From positions 3,534,001 to 3,598,000 of the forward strand of contig OZ218951.1 in the NCBI GenBank assembly GCA_965112735.1: a DNA stretch of 64,000 bases, given 5' to 3'. The notes below the pieces were generated by a model. It did not search any database. It was not told the DNA's origin and worked only from the letters and a program-made list of their open reading frames with translations. This DNA comes from Phaeosaccion multiseriatum (lineage: Eukaryota > Protista > Ochrophyta, other classes). The position numbers were made by a program, and so were the translations under genes. How positions within the stretch are numbered: position 1 is the first letter of the stretch; every line of letters starts with the position of its first letter. This document shows positions 49,801-61,824 of the stretch, piece after piece.

Positions 49801-52800
49801 CTCCTCTCTTCTCCTCTTCTCTCCTCTTCTCTCCTCTCATCTTCTCTCCTCTCCTCTCCTATTCTCTTCGCTTCTCTTCTCTCCTCTCCTCTCCTCTCCT
49901 TGTCTCCCTCCTTTCTCCTCTGCTCTCCTCTCCTGCCCTCTCCCCTCCCCTCCTCTCATCTCCTCTCCTCTTATTTTCTCACCACTTCTCCCCTCCCCTC
50001 CTCTCATCTCTTCTCCTCTTATTTTCTCACCACTTCTTCTTCTCCTCCTCCTCCTCCTCCTCCTCCTCCTCCTCTCTTCTTTACTGCCGGCGGAGAGAGC
50101 AGGAGGATGTGCGGACTCTACTCCGGGATAGTGTGGGTGTAGGGGGCCTCCCCCCCTCTCTGCTTGTCGAGAGCACGCTTCTGCAGTACGTGTGTAAGCA
50201 TCGCCTTGACGAGGCCATGCAAGTCTGTTTATCCAAGTGAGGAGAGAGAGAAGGAGGGAGGGAGGGAGAGAGAGAGGGAGTGAGTGAGTGAGTGATTGAG
50301 TGATTGGGTGACTGACTGACTGACTGACTGACTGACTGACTGAGTGGGCGAGGAAGGCAGGGAGTGAGTGAGTGAGGGAGGGAGGGGCGGAGGGAGTGAG
50401 GAAGGGAGTGAGTGAATCCCCAAGAGCAATCAGGCAAGGAGAAGGCGGAAGGGGAGGAGGGTTCCCCACCACAGCCCACTCAGCAGCGAGTGGACGGAAA
50501 AGACGGCGCCCCTGCCTCCCTCCGCCCGTCCCTCCCCCTCCTTGTCTCTGACTCCCCTCTCCTCTTCTCCTCCTCTCCCCTCCCCTCCCCTCCCCTCCCC
50601 TCTCTCCATTGACAGGAGCTGGCCTACCGCTGGCCCACCAACCCCTTTCCTTCCGTGGTCAATCGCCTCGCAGTGCACGCCACACGCTCAACCCTATGCG
50701 CGGGACAGACGGATGCTGAGGTGTGTGTCGTAGGGATGTTAAACGTACTCCGCCCTATTAAGTGCCATCCATGCTAGAAAAGTAACGACTTGTCCGCCCC
50801 TGGGGTTGCCTGTTATCCCCTGAGATGGAGAGAGAGGTTCTGTCAGTCCTGACACTCACACTCCTGAGAGAGAGAGGCTCTGTCAGTCCTGACACTCACA
50901 CTCCTGAGAGAGAGAGAGAGTCCCCCTCCGCCTGGGCACAGTAGGGGTGTAAGCGTTTGACGACGTATTGCAAAGGGGTACACTAGTCTTTGCTAGCTTA
51001 CTCTTTGTTAGCTTACTCTTTGTTGACTACGAGACGGGCGCCGACGGAGATGAGAGATTTCTATTTTGGTGTGTTTGCGTTGGACGTGTCGTTGACTTCT
51101 TGTCGTTGACTTGTTGTCGTTGAAGGTAAGCATGACGGACTCCAACTCACGGACTTCTCCTCTCCTCCTGTCTGACAGAGGGTTTGGATGAGAGTGAGGC
51201 AGGCTGGTGTCGCGGCGGAGCCGGAGATGATGAAGGACTGTACGCTGGAGATGCGGCTGGAGAGATGGAGGGGCGCGTCGCAAGCGGCGGTGGCGGTGAT
51301 GAAGTTCGAAGCGGCAGTGTTGGTGGTGGAGCTGGTGCTGGCGATGTTGGTGAGGAAGGCCTGTGTGGTCCGTGCAAGGACATGGAAGGCAAGGGCAGTG
51401 GCAGCACGGACAGTGGGGTTAGTGGGCGTGAGCGTAGTGGTGATCGGGGCGTGTGGTATTCCCTTCGTTCGTGGTTAAGGCACGGCGACGGGAGTGGAAT
51501 TACAGTAAGTGAGCAGTTGGGACTGTTAGTTGGTACGTCAGTGGCGGTGTAGCGTGGGTACGAAGGCAGTTGCATGGGCTGTTGGAAGGAACCGGGGAGC
51601 ACTTTGATGGTGGTGGCGTCTCGAGGGGTTGCACGTGAGGGATATTGTGCGTATCCAGAGCGAGCGGAGGAGGCTCAAGCAGGAGCGTGTCTTCCAGGAG
51701 CGGAGAGGTGCTGCCGTTCGAACGCAGGCATGTGTATAGTGTGTGCGGTATCAGTGAGGGAGTGGGGGGGCTGCCTTACCTACCTGGCTACCCATCTACC
51801 TACCTACTACCTACCCCCCCTCTTCCTACCTACCTACCTCCTACCTGCCTCTTTCTTCCTTCCTTCCTTCCTCCCTCCCTACCTACCTACCTACCTACCT
51901 ACCTACCCACTCACCTATCTACCTACCTACCCACTCTCCTTTCTCCCTACTTCCTTTTTTTTCCTACCTACCTACCTACCTACCGACCTCCTTCCCCCCC
52001 CCCAACCTACCTACGTACCCAATCTACCCTACCTGCCGTTCTTCAAATGAGAGTTGTTTCTCACCCCATCCCACCACCTCACCCAAACAAAACAGGCTGT
52101 GGCCCGAGTGTGGCTGGCCAAGCGGGCCCTAGTCCGTCGTCGGAGAGTAGAGGAGATTGCTAGCCAGAGGAGGGCCGAGAGGGAGGCCGCTGCGGCGCTG
52201 AGCCTTCAGTGCGCTTACAGAGGGCACTCAGCGAGGATGCAGTACGTCTCTCTGCAGACACTCGACACGCTGCGAAGGGAGAAGGAGGGCAGGAAGGTGA
52301 GGAGGAGGAGGAGGAGGAGAGGAGGAGGAGGAGGACGAGGAGGAGGAGGAGGAGGAGGAGGAGGAGGAGGAGGAGGAGGCAGGATCGGCGGCAGGGTCAA
52401 GGGCAAGGGCGGAGGGGCAGTGGGAAGGAGTGCTTTCTTTCTAACACTCGATTTGCGTAAGAATCGCCCAAATCGCCCAACCACGAACTCCGCAAAATGA
52501 CGCTGGGAGAAGTGCTATAGCTCTTTTCATGTGGCTCTTTGAGATGCCTACCGACACACAGTCTTTCAGCTTTCATCGCTTTTTCCCTTCCCTACTTGTC
52601 AGCATTTCTGCAAGAGCACTCTCCCTTGCCGCCCGACCACCAAAAAACGGGCGATTTGGGCGATTCTTACGCAAATCGAGTGCTAAAAGATTCGGACTCT
52701 GGCCGTGTGTGTGCGTGCGCCTCCCTCCAGGCGACCAAGCTGCAGGCGTGGGTGCGCATGTGCCAAGCGAAAGGCAACCTCCATCGTGTTGTGCACGCCG

Positions 52801-52817
52801 TCATCATGCGCGAGAAG
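46250..52817 (+). pseudogene. Multi-exon gene or remnant with IQ calmodulin-binding-like motifs near its 3' part; its 5' exons are duplicated at 40580-43763
   Basis: Exon-like blocks with GT/AG borders. IQ-like peptides LSLQCAYRGHSAR (~52198) and ATKLQAWVRMCQAK (~52731). A continuous reading frame could not be established. Confidence 0.45.
52442..52685. mobile_element. MITE with ~37-bp TIRs inside an intron
   Basis: TAACACTCGATTTGCGTAAGAATCGCCCAAATCGCCC ... GGGCGATTTGGGCGATTCTTACGCAAATCGAGTGCTA, 1 mismatch. The terminal TA may be the TSD. Confidence 0.85.
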
Positions 52818-53070
52818 GTCAGTTGGCCACAGGTGTCAGGGAGGACAGAAATGTCAGGACAGAGAAGCCAGGACAGGTGTCAGGACAGAGGACGTCGTCG
52901 CGGAGGGTATCAGAACTTGTGGAAGGTCGTGCTTAGACCTCCACGAAACGGACTAGACACACAGATAGCAGCACCCCAAAGCTAGCCTGACAGCCAGCCT
53001 TGTATCTATTAGCTTATCTATGCACTGTCCTAAACGACCACCTGCAGGAGGATAGTGAGAAAGGGTGGCA

Positions 53071-53628
53071 TTTGTATTAGAGCTTATGGGCTCAGCATTG
53101 GTGCTCTTGAGGTGAGTGGTCACCATGAATAGACGCGTGTGTGGTGTGGTGATGGAGAGTGATGTGGAGGAGGAGAGGATGGCAATGATAAAGGATAAAA
53201 GGGGAGTGGGAAGGGAGTGAAGTGGGGTGGGTGATATGTGAGGTATCCTAGTGTGGATGGTGTGGTGGACAACTCGTTGACTAGCTGTTGGTGCTATGCT
53301 GTGTGCTGATGGTCTCTATGTCTGCTGCCGTGTTTACTCCTACTCCTCAGGCGTCCGCTCCGTCGATGGCTCCCATGAGCCCCCAATCGAGGGTTTCCGC
53401 TGCCTCATGCCGCGTCAACGTGGCTCGAAGGAGGGTGCCATACCTGATCTCGCGCTGTGAGAGGGCGCGTTGAAGGGCGAGGGACAGTTGTTGGCGCAGT
53501 AGGCCCTTGATGGGGCCCGTGGCTGCCGCTGCTGCTGGGCCGAGCCCCCTTGAGGCCTTGTGGATGGCCATCGCCTCGATGTGCTCGTCCGTTTGGTGGC
53601 CCAGTCTGCCGTACGTCTCGATGGCAAC
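53071..53628 (-). mobile_element. 5'-truncated non-LTR retrotransposon 3' end (restriction-like endonuclease type, CRE-like)
   Basis: VAIETYGRLG...RQQLSLALQRA followed by a 3' UTR. Flanked by the 12-bp near-duplication GAAAGGGTGGCA/GAAACGGTGGCA. Confidence 0.7.
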
Positions 53629-54218
53629 GAAACGGTGGCACCGTTTCTCACTGTATTGCCTAGGCCTGGGCCACTGACAACGACTGACTTCTAGCTAACA
53701 CCTTCATGTGTGGCGAGAAGGAGAATGCAATTTGCCTTCTGAGCTCACACTCGGCGCCGTGTTAACTATGGTGCCTCGTGTACTGTGGCACCAGGAAGAG
53801 TAGGAAAGAGACAAAGGGGGAATACCCAACGAGCAAAATAACGGAAGGCGCTCTGTGTGTGTGTGAATGGGCTGTGCTTTATTTTTATATAAAAGAAAAG
53901 AATCGCCTGCTCTTCTCTCCACACAGTAGTTACTGCTTACAGCTTTCCTACTCCGGCGGTTTTGACTGCATCCATCTTCGCCTCCACCAAGTCGCCTCGC
54001 TCCAGCGAGGCTTCGTCACTCCAGTCTCCGAGTCCGTCTTGGCCATCGACGGGCGGCCGATGCCCGACGCACAGCCCCCAGCAGAGTAAGAGAGTAATGG
54101 CTGGCCAGCGCAGCTACCAGAAGGTCTCCGGCCTCGACGTAGATCCGGAAACAGCTCCTCCTCGACCGCTTCCAAGCAGCCAAGGCATCCAGCTCCTCTG
54201 GCTGGTTTGTAAAGAGTC

Positions 54219-55798
54219 ACGTTGCTCTCCACCTAGGATAGGAGTAGCCGCATGGACAAGGTAATAGCAACCCCAAAGCCAGCCTGGCAGCCAGCCTTGT
54301 CTCTATTAGCTACATCCCTGAGCCATCCTACACGACCAACCTGCTGGGAGGTGAGTGAGAAACGGGGGGGGCACGCACCGTTTCTCACCGTAGTTGCCTG
54401 GGCCTGGGCCATTGAAATAATACTGACTTTCAACATCCCCGTCAGCCATCCCTGCACTGTCCCCACGCAACTCAAGCGGGTTCGCCTACTAACGCTCGAC
54501 TTGAAGCAAAAGCCTCCATGCTGCTTCCAAAAAAAAAACGGATGAGAAATATGCAAAACTCACCCAGGTGTGTGCGACCGCTCCTCCCACACACTCCCTG
54601 CTGCACTGGTGAGAAAATCCCACGACTCAAAACTCACCCACACATGCTCACGGATGAGAAGATACCATGACTCAAACTCACCCGCGCAATATCTGTCTCC
54701 ACTCCTACTCGCCACCAGCGTTGCCAAAGCCTCATTGCGCACCACTAATACTGACTGCTAAAGTGTTTACTGGTGTGCCCACAAGGCACCCAGACAGTCC
54801 CTAAAGCAGCCTTGCGAGTATCCTTCTCTGTCGCCAACCAAGCTCCGTGTCGAAGTAATTTCTCACTGCTACACGCGAAAGCCGCGCCGCTGCAGCACCC
54901 TGCTCTCACATGATTCTCTCTCTCCACTGCCCACTAAGCTCCGTGCAGCAGCAACAGCCTTGCTGCTGCCACACTCGAAAGCCGCACCCCGCTGCAAGGC
55001 ACTGCTCTCGGCATATTGATCTCTTGCTCCGTTCCTTCTCGCCACTCGTGTCGCCAAAGCTTCATTGCGCGCCGCTCGTGCTGACTGCTCAAGTGTTTAC
55101 TGGTGTACCTGCAAGGCCCAGACAGTCTCTAAAGCAGCCTTGCGAGTTTCTTTCTCCACTGCCCACCAAACTCCGTGCAGCAGCAACTACTCACTGCTAC
55201 ACTCGAAAGCCGCACCGCACATGATTCTCTCTCTCCACTGCCCACTAAGCTCCGTGCACCAGCAACAGCCTTGCTGCTGCCACACTCGAAAGCCGCACCC
55301 CGCCCGTTGCAAGGCACCGCTCCCGGTAATTCTCTCTCTCCACTGCCCACCAAGCTCCAGCCGCAATTTCCGTGCAACAGCAACAACCGTACTGCTGCCA
55401 CGCTCGAACGCCGTGCCCGCTGTAAGGCACCGCTCCCTGCAATTCTCTATCTCCACTGCCGCCCCACCAAGCTCCAGCAGCAATTTCCATGTGACAGCAA
55501 CATCCGTGCTGCTGTCACACTCGAAAGCCATGCCCGCTGTCTAAGGCAACGCTCCCGGCAAACTCAAAGCTACCGAGCCTCTTAACCTTCTGGATTCTTT
55601 GGGGTTGCTCTTTACGTTGCTCTCCACCTAGGATAGGAATAGCCGCATGGACAAGGTAATAGCAACCCCAAAGCCAGCCTGGCAGCCAGCCTTGTCTCTA
55701 TTAGCTTTGTCCCTGATGGGGGGGGAAGAAAAAAGGGGGGGGGGGGACACACCTATTTGCCTGGGCCTGGGCCATTGACATAATACTGACTTTCAACA
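54219..55798. repeat. ~200-bp direct repeats (54219-54435 and 55614-55798); a third, interrupted copy lies at ~52965-53700
   Basis: Shared ACGTTGCTCTCCACCTAGGATAGG...CAGCCAGCCTTGTCTCTATTAGCT...TTGCCTGGGCCTGGGCCATTGA...TACTGACTTTCAACA. Confidence 0.88.
54750..55560 (-). pseudogene. Degenerate ~100-bp tandem units, ankyrin-repeat-like remnant
   Basis: Recurrent peptides SSVAAARLLLVHGA, AAVRLLLLHG and KLLRHGA. Unit length is close to 33 codons. Stops and frameshifts are present. Confidence 0.45.
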
Positions 55799-55847
55799 CG
55801 ACATGACACGAAAAGCACCGGGGGGGGGGGGCGGTAGAAGCGAAATG

Positions 55848-56646
55848 TTTTGCTGCTTCTGGCCACGGCCTAGAGGAGGAGAAGCAGTGCAAGCCAGAAT
55901 CAGTAGGTAGCTGCTACGTGTCGTAGCTAGCAACAAGACAAGTTCACACACACACACGGACCTAAGGGTTGTTGAAGCCAATATACTGCGTCTTGAAGAA
56001 GTTGCCGTGCCTGTGTCCCTCTTCTTGCTGACCTCGTGGGTTGGTTCTCCGGCGAGGCCGCCTGCAGTAAAGTACTCGAACAAGTCGGTGGTGGCTTGGT
56101 CATCCTTCATTTTGAGCCCCGCCTTGTTGAACGAGACAATCCCGTCCGAGCCGAAGAGGCCGCTTTCGACGGCCATGGCGAGGCGCCCCTCGGGCGAGTC
56201 GAACTGTTTTAGGTACAAGTTCTCGCTGTCCTGCCCGTTCGCGCCAGGCGCCCTCCCACTCATAAGCCGGCTTATGGGTGGGAGGGCGCCTGGCGCGGAC
56301 GGGCATGAGAGCGAGAACTTGTACCTAAAACAGTTCGACTCGCCCGGGGGGCGCCTTGCCATGGCCGTCGAAAGCGGCCTCTTCGGCGCGGACGGGATTG
56401 TCTCGTTCAACAAGGCGGGGCTCAAAATGAAGGATGAGCAAGCCACCACCAACTTGTTCAAGTACTTTTTTACAGGCGACCTCGCCGGAAGACCCAACCA
56501 CGAGGTCAGTGTGTGTGTGTGTTTGTGTTGTCTTGTTGCTAGCTACGGTCGTAGCAGCTACCTAGCTCATTCTGGCTTGCCCTTGCTTCTCCTCGCTCCT
56601 CCTCCTAGGCCGTGGCCCTCCTCCACCTCTACAGAAGCTGCAAAAC
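55848..56646. repeat. Long palindrome (fold-back) centred at 56268/56269
   Basis: Gap-free 241-bp arms 56028-56268 and 56269-56509 with no spacer (ATAAGCC|GGCTTAT). Looser outer arms extend further. Confidence 0.95.
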
Positions 56647-56971
56647 CTTGCCCTCCGTCCAGAGAGGCCCCTGGAGGACCGCACCATGGCAGAGGTGGTT
56701 CTCGCCTTCATCAGTGGCCTCTCCTCTCCGATGGTGCGTATCTGCCAGTCACCAAGCAAGCCGCCCAGCCTACTCCTTCATTGACTTGGCTGCGCTTCCC
56801 TTTGCTAACCACCCACCATTGCTTGCCCTGGCTGTCTGGACGGCCTCAGGGGACGGCACCGCGGTGCTCATCGTGAAGGAGGAGATGGCGCAGATACGGG
56901 AGCTGCTCCCGTACGCCGTCAAGAAGCAAGGTCACTGGCTGGCCGGGATCTTCAAAAACGGAGGAACCAGT

Positions 56972-57441
56972 TCCTCCTCCTCGTTCTGCTGCTGCTGCTG
57001 CTCCTCTCTGACCCGTTGCTCCTCCTTCCTCTCCTCCGCGCCCTCGTCACGGGCAACGTGAATGTTCTTGCCATTGACGTCGTCGGGCACAAAGGGGTTG
57101 GAAGGGTCCTTGACCACCTTCCTAGACAACCTCGGCTTGTGGTTGACCGTGTTGAAGGCCTTGTGGATGAGCGCCCAGTCATGGCGCCGGTCATTGCAGT
57201 CTGGTCAGTTAGCTGGACGACCCGGCATGATTGGGTGCTCATCCACGAGGCCTTTAATAAGGCCAACCCCAGCCAAGCCCAGGTTGTCCAGAAAGGTGGT
57301 CACGGACCCATCGAACCCCTTTGTGCCCAACGACATGAAGGGCAAGGACATTCACGTTGCCGATAACGAGGGCGCGGAGGAGAGGAAGGAGGAGGAACGG
57401 GTCAGAGAGGAGCAGCAGCAGCAGCAGAACGAGGAGGAGGA
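56972..57441. repeat. Long imperfect inverted repeat, ~215-bp stem and ~30-nt loop
   Basis: The arms encode mirror peptides SRKVVKDPSNPFVPDD... (-) and SRKVVTDPSNPFVPND... (+). Confidence 0.93.
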
Positions 57442-58226
57442 TATCGAGGGGGAGGAACTGATCAGCATGGAGCAGATCTTGGAGGACCTCGACGCCGCTA
57501 GAGAGGCCGAGGGCGAAGAGGGAGGAGCTGGCAGTGGCTCTACAGGCGGCTGGCAGACCTTCGAAGTGGTCCAGGGGCATGTTCCGGGGCTTCAGGAAAG
57601 GACGCTTGTCTCGGCGAGGGTGTGCGTGTGTGTGTGTGTGTGTGTACGCGCGCGTGCGTGCGTGTAAATAACTGATAAGAATACAAAGCGAAAACCCTTG
57701 ACAAGGCAGCAGGTGTGTGTATGTGTGAGTGAGTGTGGGGTTGAGTGAGTGAGAGAGTGGGTGAGTGCGTGAGCGGTGTACTCATTGGTGGTGAGAGAGC
57801 TTAGGCTCTCCTTCTTGTGAAGAGTCGCACTTAACTATAGACTGATACCCATCCTACTTGTCAGTCTAGCAACAGGGGACGACTCTCAACATGCCTCGCG
57901 GCCACCCTACTCCCCCTTGGCCTGTGACAACAAGGCCCACTGGCTCCACAGCGATAGTAGTTGCTGCGACCACGCGGCCACCTCTGCATCGCACGTGCGG
58001 TGGGAGGAGAAACAACGCCGTGAGGGCAGGAGGCACAGTCGCGGCAGCCGTGGACACCACGCACGAGGCAACCAAAGAGCGGCCTCCAACGACCCTGTAG
58101 CGGTATCACTCGAGGGGCGTAGCTGTGGCTCAGGCTGCCGCGGCAGCTTCCGTCGCCGAGTCCCCGGGGTCGGCGACGCCCCCAGCGGGGCCAGAGCGAC
58201 CCGACTCCGCCGTGTCAGCACCCACA

Positions 58227-58257
<31 letters not shown>

Positions 58258-58809
58258 CGTGGCTGAGCCTACTGCTGGGGCACATCAGGTCCAGCACCTC
58301 CTTCATTAGCCATCACACGTGGCCTGCTGCTGCTGCTGCTGCTGCTGGGCCTCCTGCTGAGGCGCTGCAGTCCCGCCTCCCACCGCAGTCATCGCCTCCA
58401 GCCACTGCCACGAGGCGTGCGCCCATGCCCTCCGCCAGCAGTGCAATTGCTGCAGCTGGGCCTCCTGTTGAGGCACGACGGGTCCACCTCCCTCAGCATC
58501 CGTCGCTAAATCTTTTAAATGCTACCACACTAGCACCCGCCCCCCCTGCTGCCGCTGCTGCTGCTGCGGCTGGGCCTGCTTCTGCGGAGCGGCCGGCTGA
58601 GCCACTGCATGTCCATCTCAAGGACAAAGCTCTTGCTTCTGCTGCTGCGGGGCCTCCAGCTGAGGCAAGGCAGTCCCACCTCCCTCAGCCTCCGCCCCCC
58701 CCTGTTGCCGCTGCTGCTGCTGCTGCAGCTGCTGGGCCTCCTGCTCAGGCAGGCACAGCAGTCCCCCACTACCTGGGCAGTTTTCTGCCCGGGACTTCAA
58801 CCCTGAAGT

Positions 58810-59390
58810 GCATTGCAATCGAGACGTACGGCAGACTGGGCCACACCAAACGGACGAGCTCATCGAGGCGATGGCCATCCACAAGGCATCAAGAGGGCTC
58901 GGCCCCGCAGCGGCGGCAGCCACGGGCCCCATCAAGGGCCTCCTGCGCCAACAACTGTCCCTCGCCCTTCAACGCGCCCTCTCACAGCGGGAGATCAGGT
59001 ATGGCACCCTCCTTCGAGCCACGATGACGCAGCACGAAGCAGCAGAAACCCTCGACTGGGGGCTCATGGGAGCCATCGACGGAGCGGCCGCCTGAGGAGC
59101 CGGAGTACACCAGCCAGCAGACAGCGAGACCATCAGCACACAGCATAGCAACCACAGTTAGTCACGCCTCACATATCACCTCCACCACCTCACTCCTTCC
59201 CACACCCCTTCATCTCCTCCTCCCCCCTTCACTCCCTTCCCATTCCCCATTATCCTCTACTCTACCACCCTTACCATCCTCTTCCCCTCCACATCACGCT
59301 CCATCAATACCACACATACACGCATCTACACATGGTTACAACTTACCTCGAGCGCTCCAATACTGAGCCCATAAGCTCTAATATACATCC
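58810..59390 (+). mobile_element. Second RLE non-LTR retrotransposon 3' end; the Ala/Pro-rich stretch 57890-58810 may be its internally deleted 5' part
   Basis: CIAIETYGRLG...RQQLSLALQRA...stop, and a 3' UTR matching the reverse complement of 53071-53628. Confidence 0.68.
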
Positions 59391-59549
59391 CCCCTCCCTC
59401 AGCCACAATGCGGCCATCGTTGGCCTCCTGCTCCGTGCTCCAAATCCCAGTTTTACTTTTAGGCCTGAGAAATGTTCCGGGAACAGTTGCATTAAGATTA
59501 AACAAAAAGCATCGCTATATACACTTTTGTCTCAAACCCTTGGCTAAAG

Positions 59550-61729
59550 ATGACGGCGGAGGGCCGGCCAGAAGGGGGGAATGGTCTGTTTTGCGGAGCC
59601 GGGGTGAGCCGCGAGGAAGAGGAGTGGATGATTCAGCAGAGCCAGGAGGCGAACACCGATGTGCCCTTTGCGCCCATCCCGACTCTGTACCGGGGGGCGA
59701 GCAATCGTTGCTTGGGGCTTCCGGATTCCACAATGGAACTGGTGTTCTTGGGTACGGCCTCCTGCATGCCTGGAATCACCCGAGGCACATCGACGGTGTG
59801 CCTTCGGACAGGGGGAGGAGACGTGTGGATGTTTGACGCTGGCGAAGGCACGCAGATCCAGGTGCAGCGCTCGGCAGTGAAGCCTGCGAAAGTCAAGAAA
59901 ATCTTCGTAACACATAGGTTGGTTGGTTGGTTGGTTGCTTGGTTGGTTCGAGATGCCGGATATTTAACTGTTGTTACTAAGTACCTACCTCTTCCGTACC
60001 TGCCTGTCTGCCGCAACATTCCAGTCACGGCGACCACTCCTTCGGCCTACCAGGGCTACTGTGCCTCCTTGGACAAGGCCGTGCGTCTGCCTCAGCAGGA
60101 GAGAGCAGCGGGGACGACCATGTCATTGAGATTTATGGCCCAGAAGGGCTGCGAACCTATCTACGAGCGGCCCTCAGCTTCTCGTATACGCGCATTGCGT
60201 GTCCTTTTGTGGTGCACGAGCTGCACGGCATTCCCTTCCTCCACGGTGAATTCTCGCCGCCTCCTCGCCCATCTCGTCTCAACGCGGAACGCGACGACGA
60301 GACTTTGGGAGAGCTTTCAGGCGGTCGGGACATCTTGCCAGACGCAGACGGGGCGTATCAACTCATTGACAATGACGCATTTAACGTCACCGCTGCTGCG
60401 ATCCAACATACAGTCCCGTGCGGTGAGTCAGAAGGGCTGGCTTGGAGTCTGTGCCTGCCAATGCGCTAACACTACAATTCCGCTGCCCGCCAGTGGGCTT
60501 CGTGGTGAGGGAGAAGTCAAAGCCCGCCAGTTTGCGCATGACGGGCATGCTGCCGAGCGTCGTCGCCGAGAACAAGGAAGCGATCAAGGTATGCGAGTTG
60601 GGGGTGACAGGCGAGACGCATGTCCTCGCCGTGAGAAGGGAAATGAAAGCCCCACTTACCCCCAAAAACCTGGACAGGCGAAATACGGCTTCAGAACGGA
60701 ACTCCAAATCTACGGCGAGCTCAAGAAACTGGCCAAGGGGCAGGCCTTCACCTTTCCCTGTCAAGACCCAGCAGCGGGCCGAGAAACCACCTTGCAGTAC
60801 GCCGACATGTTCCTGCCGGAAAAAAAGGGCAGAACGGTGGCGGTCATGGGGGACACCTGCGACATTGCTCCTCTCGCGCGGGCTCTGCGCTTGGGGAAAG
60901 GTGAGGGGTTTTGGTACTTCGTTGTTGCCCTGCAGTGTCGTGACTCGCTGATGATGATGCGTTGCCTCAGCCTTTGGAGAGGAGGGCGCCGTCCATGCCT
61001 TGGTGCATGAGGCCACAAACGCGTTCCTGCTGCCCGAGGATGAGGGCAAGTCTTACGCCAGCGTTCAGAGCGAAGCCATTGCCCACGGCCACAGCACGGT
61101 AAGAGCAGGGGAGGATGGTAGTGGTGGGGGCCATCTTTTCTAGTCTCTGCTCACCTCACCAGTGCTTGTGCGCAACCGTGTGGGAAAAAACAGCCTCAAA
61201 TGGCCGCCCAAGTCGCTCGGCAAATTGGAGCCCGCCAACTCATCTTGACGCACTTCTCGCCCAGATACAAGGGAGACGACACGCCGCAAAGTGGTACGTT
61301 GCGTCGCTGCTCTCGGCACTTATCATCTACTACTGCGCACGCATGCAAGAGCACCCACGGCCGGCCGGGGGGGATCCCTCCTCACCTCTCACCTCTTGCT
61401 TTCTTCCTTCGCCTCTCTCGTCCACCCACCCACCGACCTCGCAATCGCAATCAGTGTCCATCATGCAGCGCATCAAGGAGCAGGCAAGGCAGGCGGGGGG
61501 CTTCAGAGCGCACCAAGTGGAGGCGGCTTGGGACCTTATGTCCTGCCCCGTTCTTACTGACCAGCAGTGGCAGGACTGGGAGCCTGTGGCTGTCGCCAAG
61601 GAGCAGGAGTACCGTCAGCTCTGCTCGCACAGGCTGCTGGCTGCGCAAATGGCCTTCGCACAAGCTCACGAGAGGCGTGAGGATGATGGGGAAGCGCGCC
61701 CCCCCCTTCCCCCCCAGCCAGCGACATGA
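59550..61729 (+). CDS. Ribonuclease Z (short-form tRNase Z, ELAC1/Rnz-like), about 7 exons
   Basis: ELVFLGTASCMP, MFDAGEGTQ, spliced IFVTH-SHGDHSFGLPGL, IQHTVPC, GDT, LVHEAT, AHGHST and LILTHFSPRY. Confidence 0.92.
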
Positions 61730-61824
61730 CACAAACCCTTTTTACCCCTTCCCTATTGGCTCGCTCCTAAGCTTTTGGCACACGTCAGTACCCATCTCGG
61801 TAGCAGCCAGTGAAGCAGTAGTCG

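Noticed and set aside
54219-55798. Complete LTR retrotransposon
   Set aside because: No gag/pol, TSD or TGG primer-binding site was found. It is kept only as a direct-repeat pair.
55793-56876. Two overlapping antisense protein genes
   Set aside because: The mirror ORFs arise from the palindrome.
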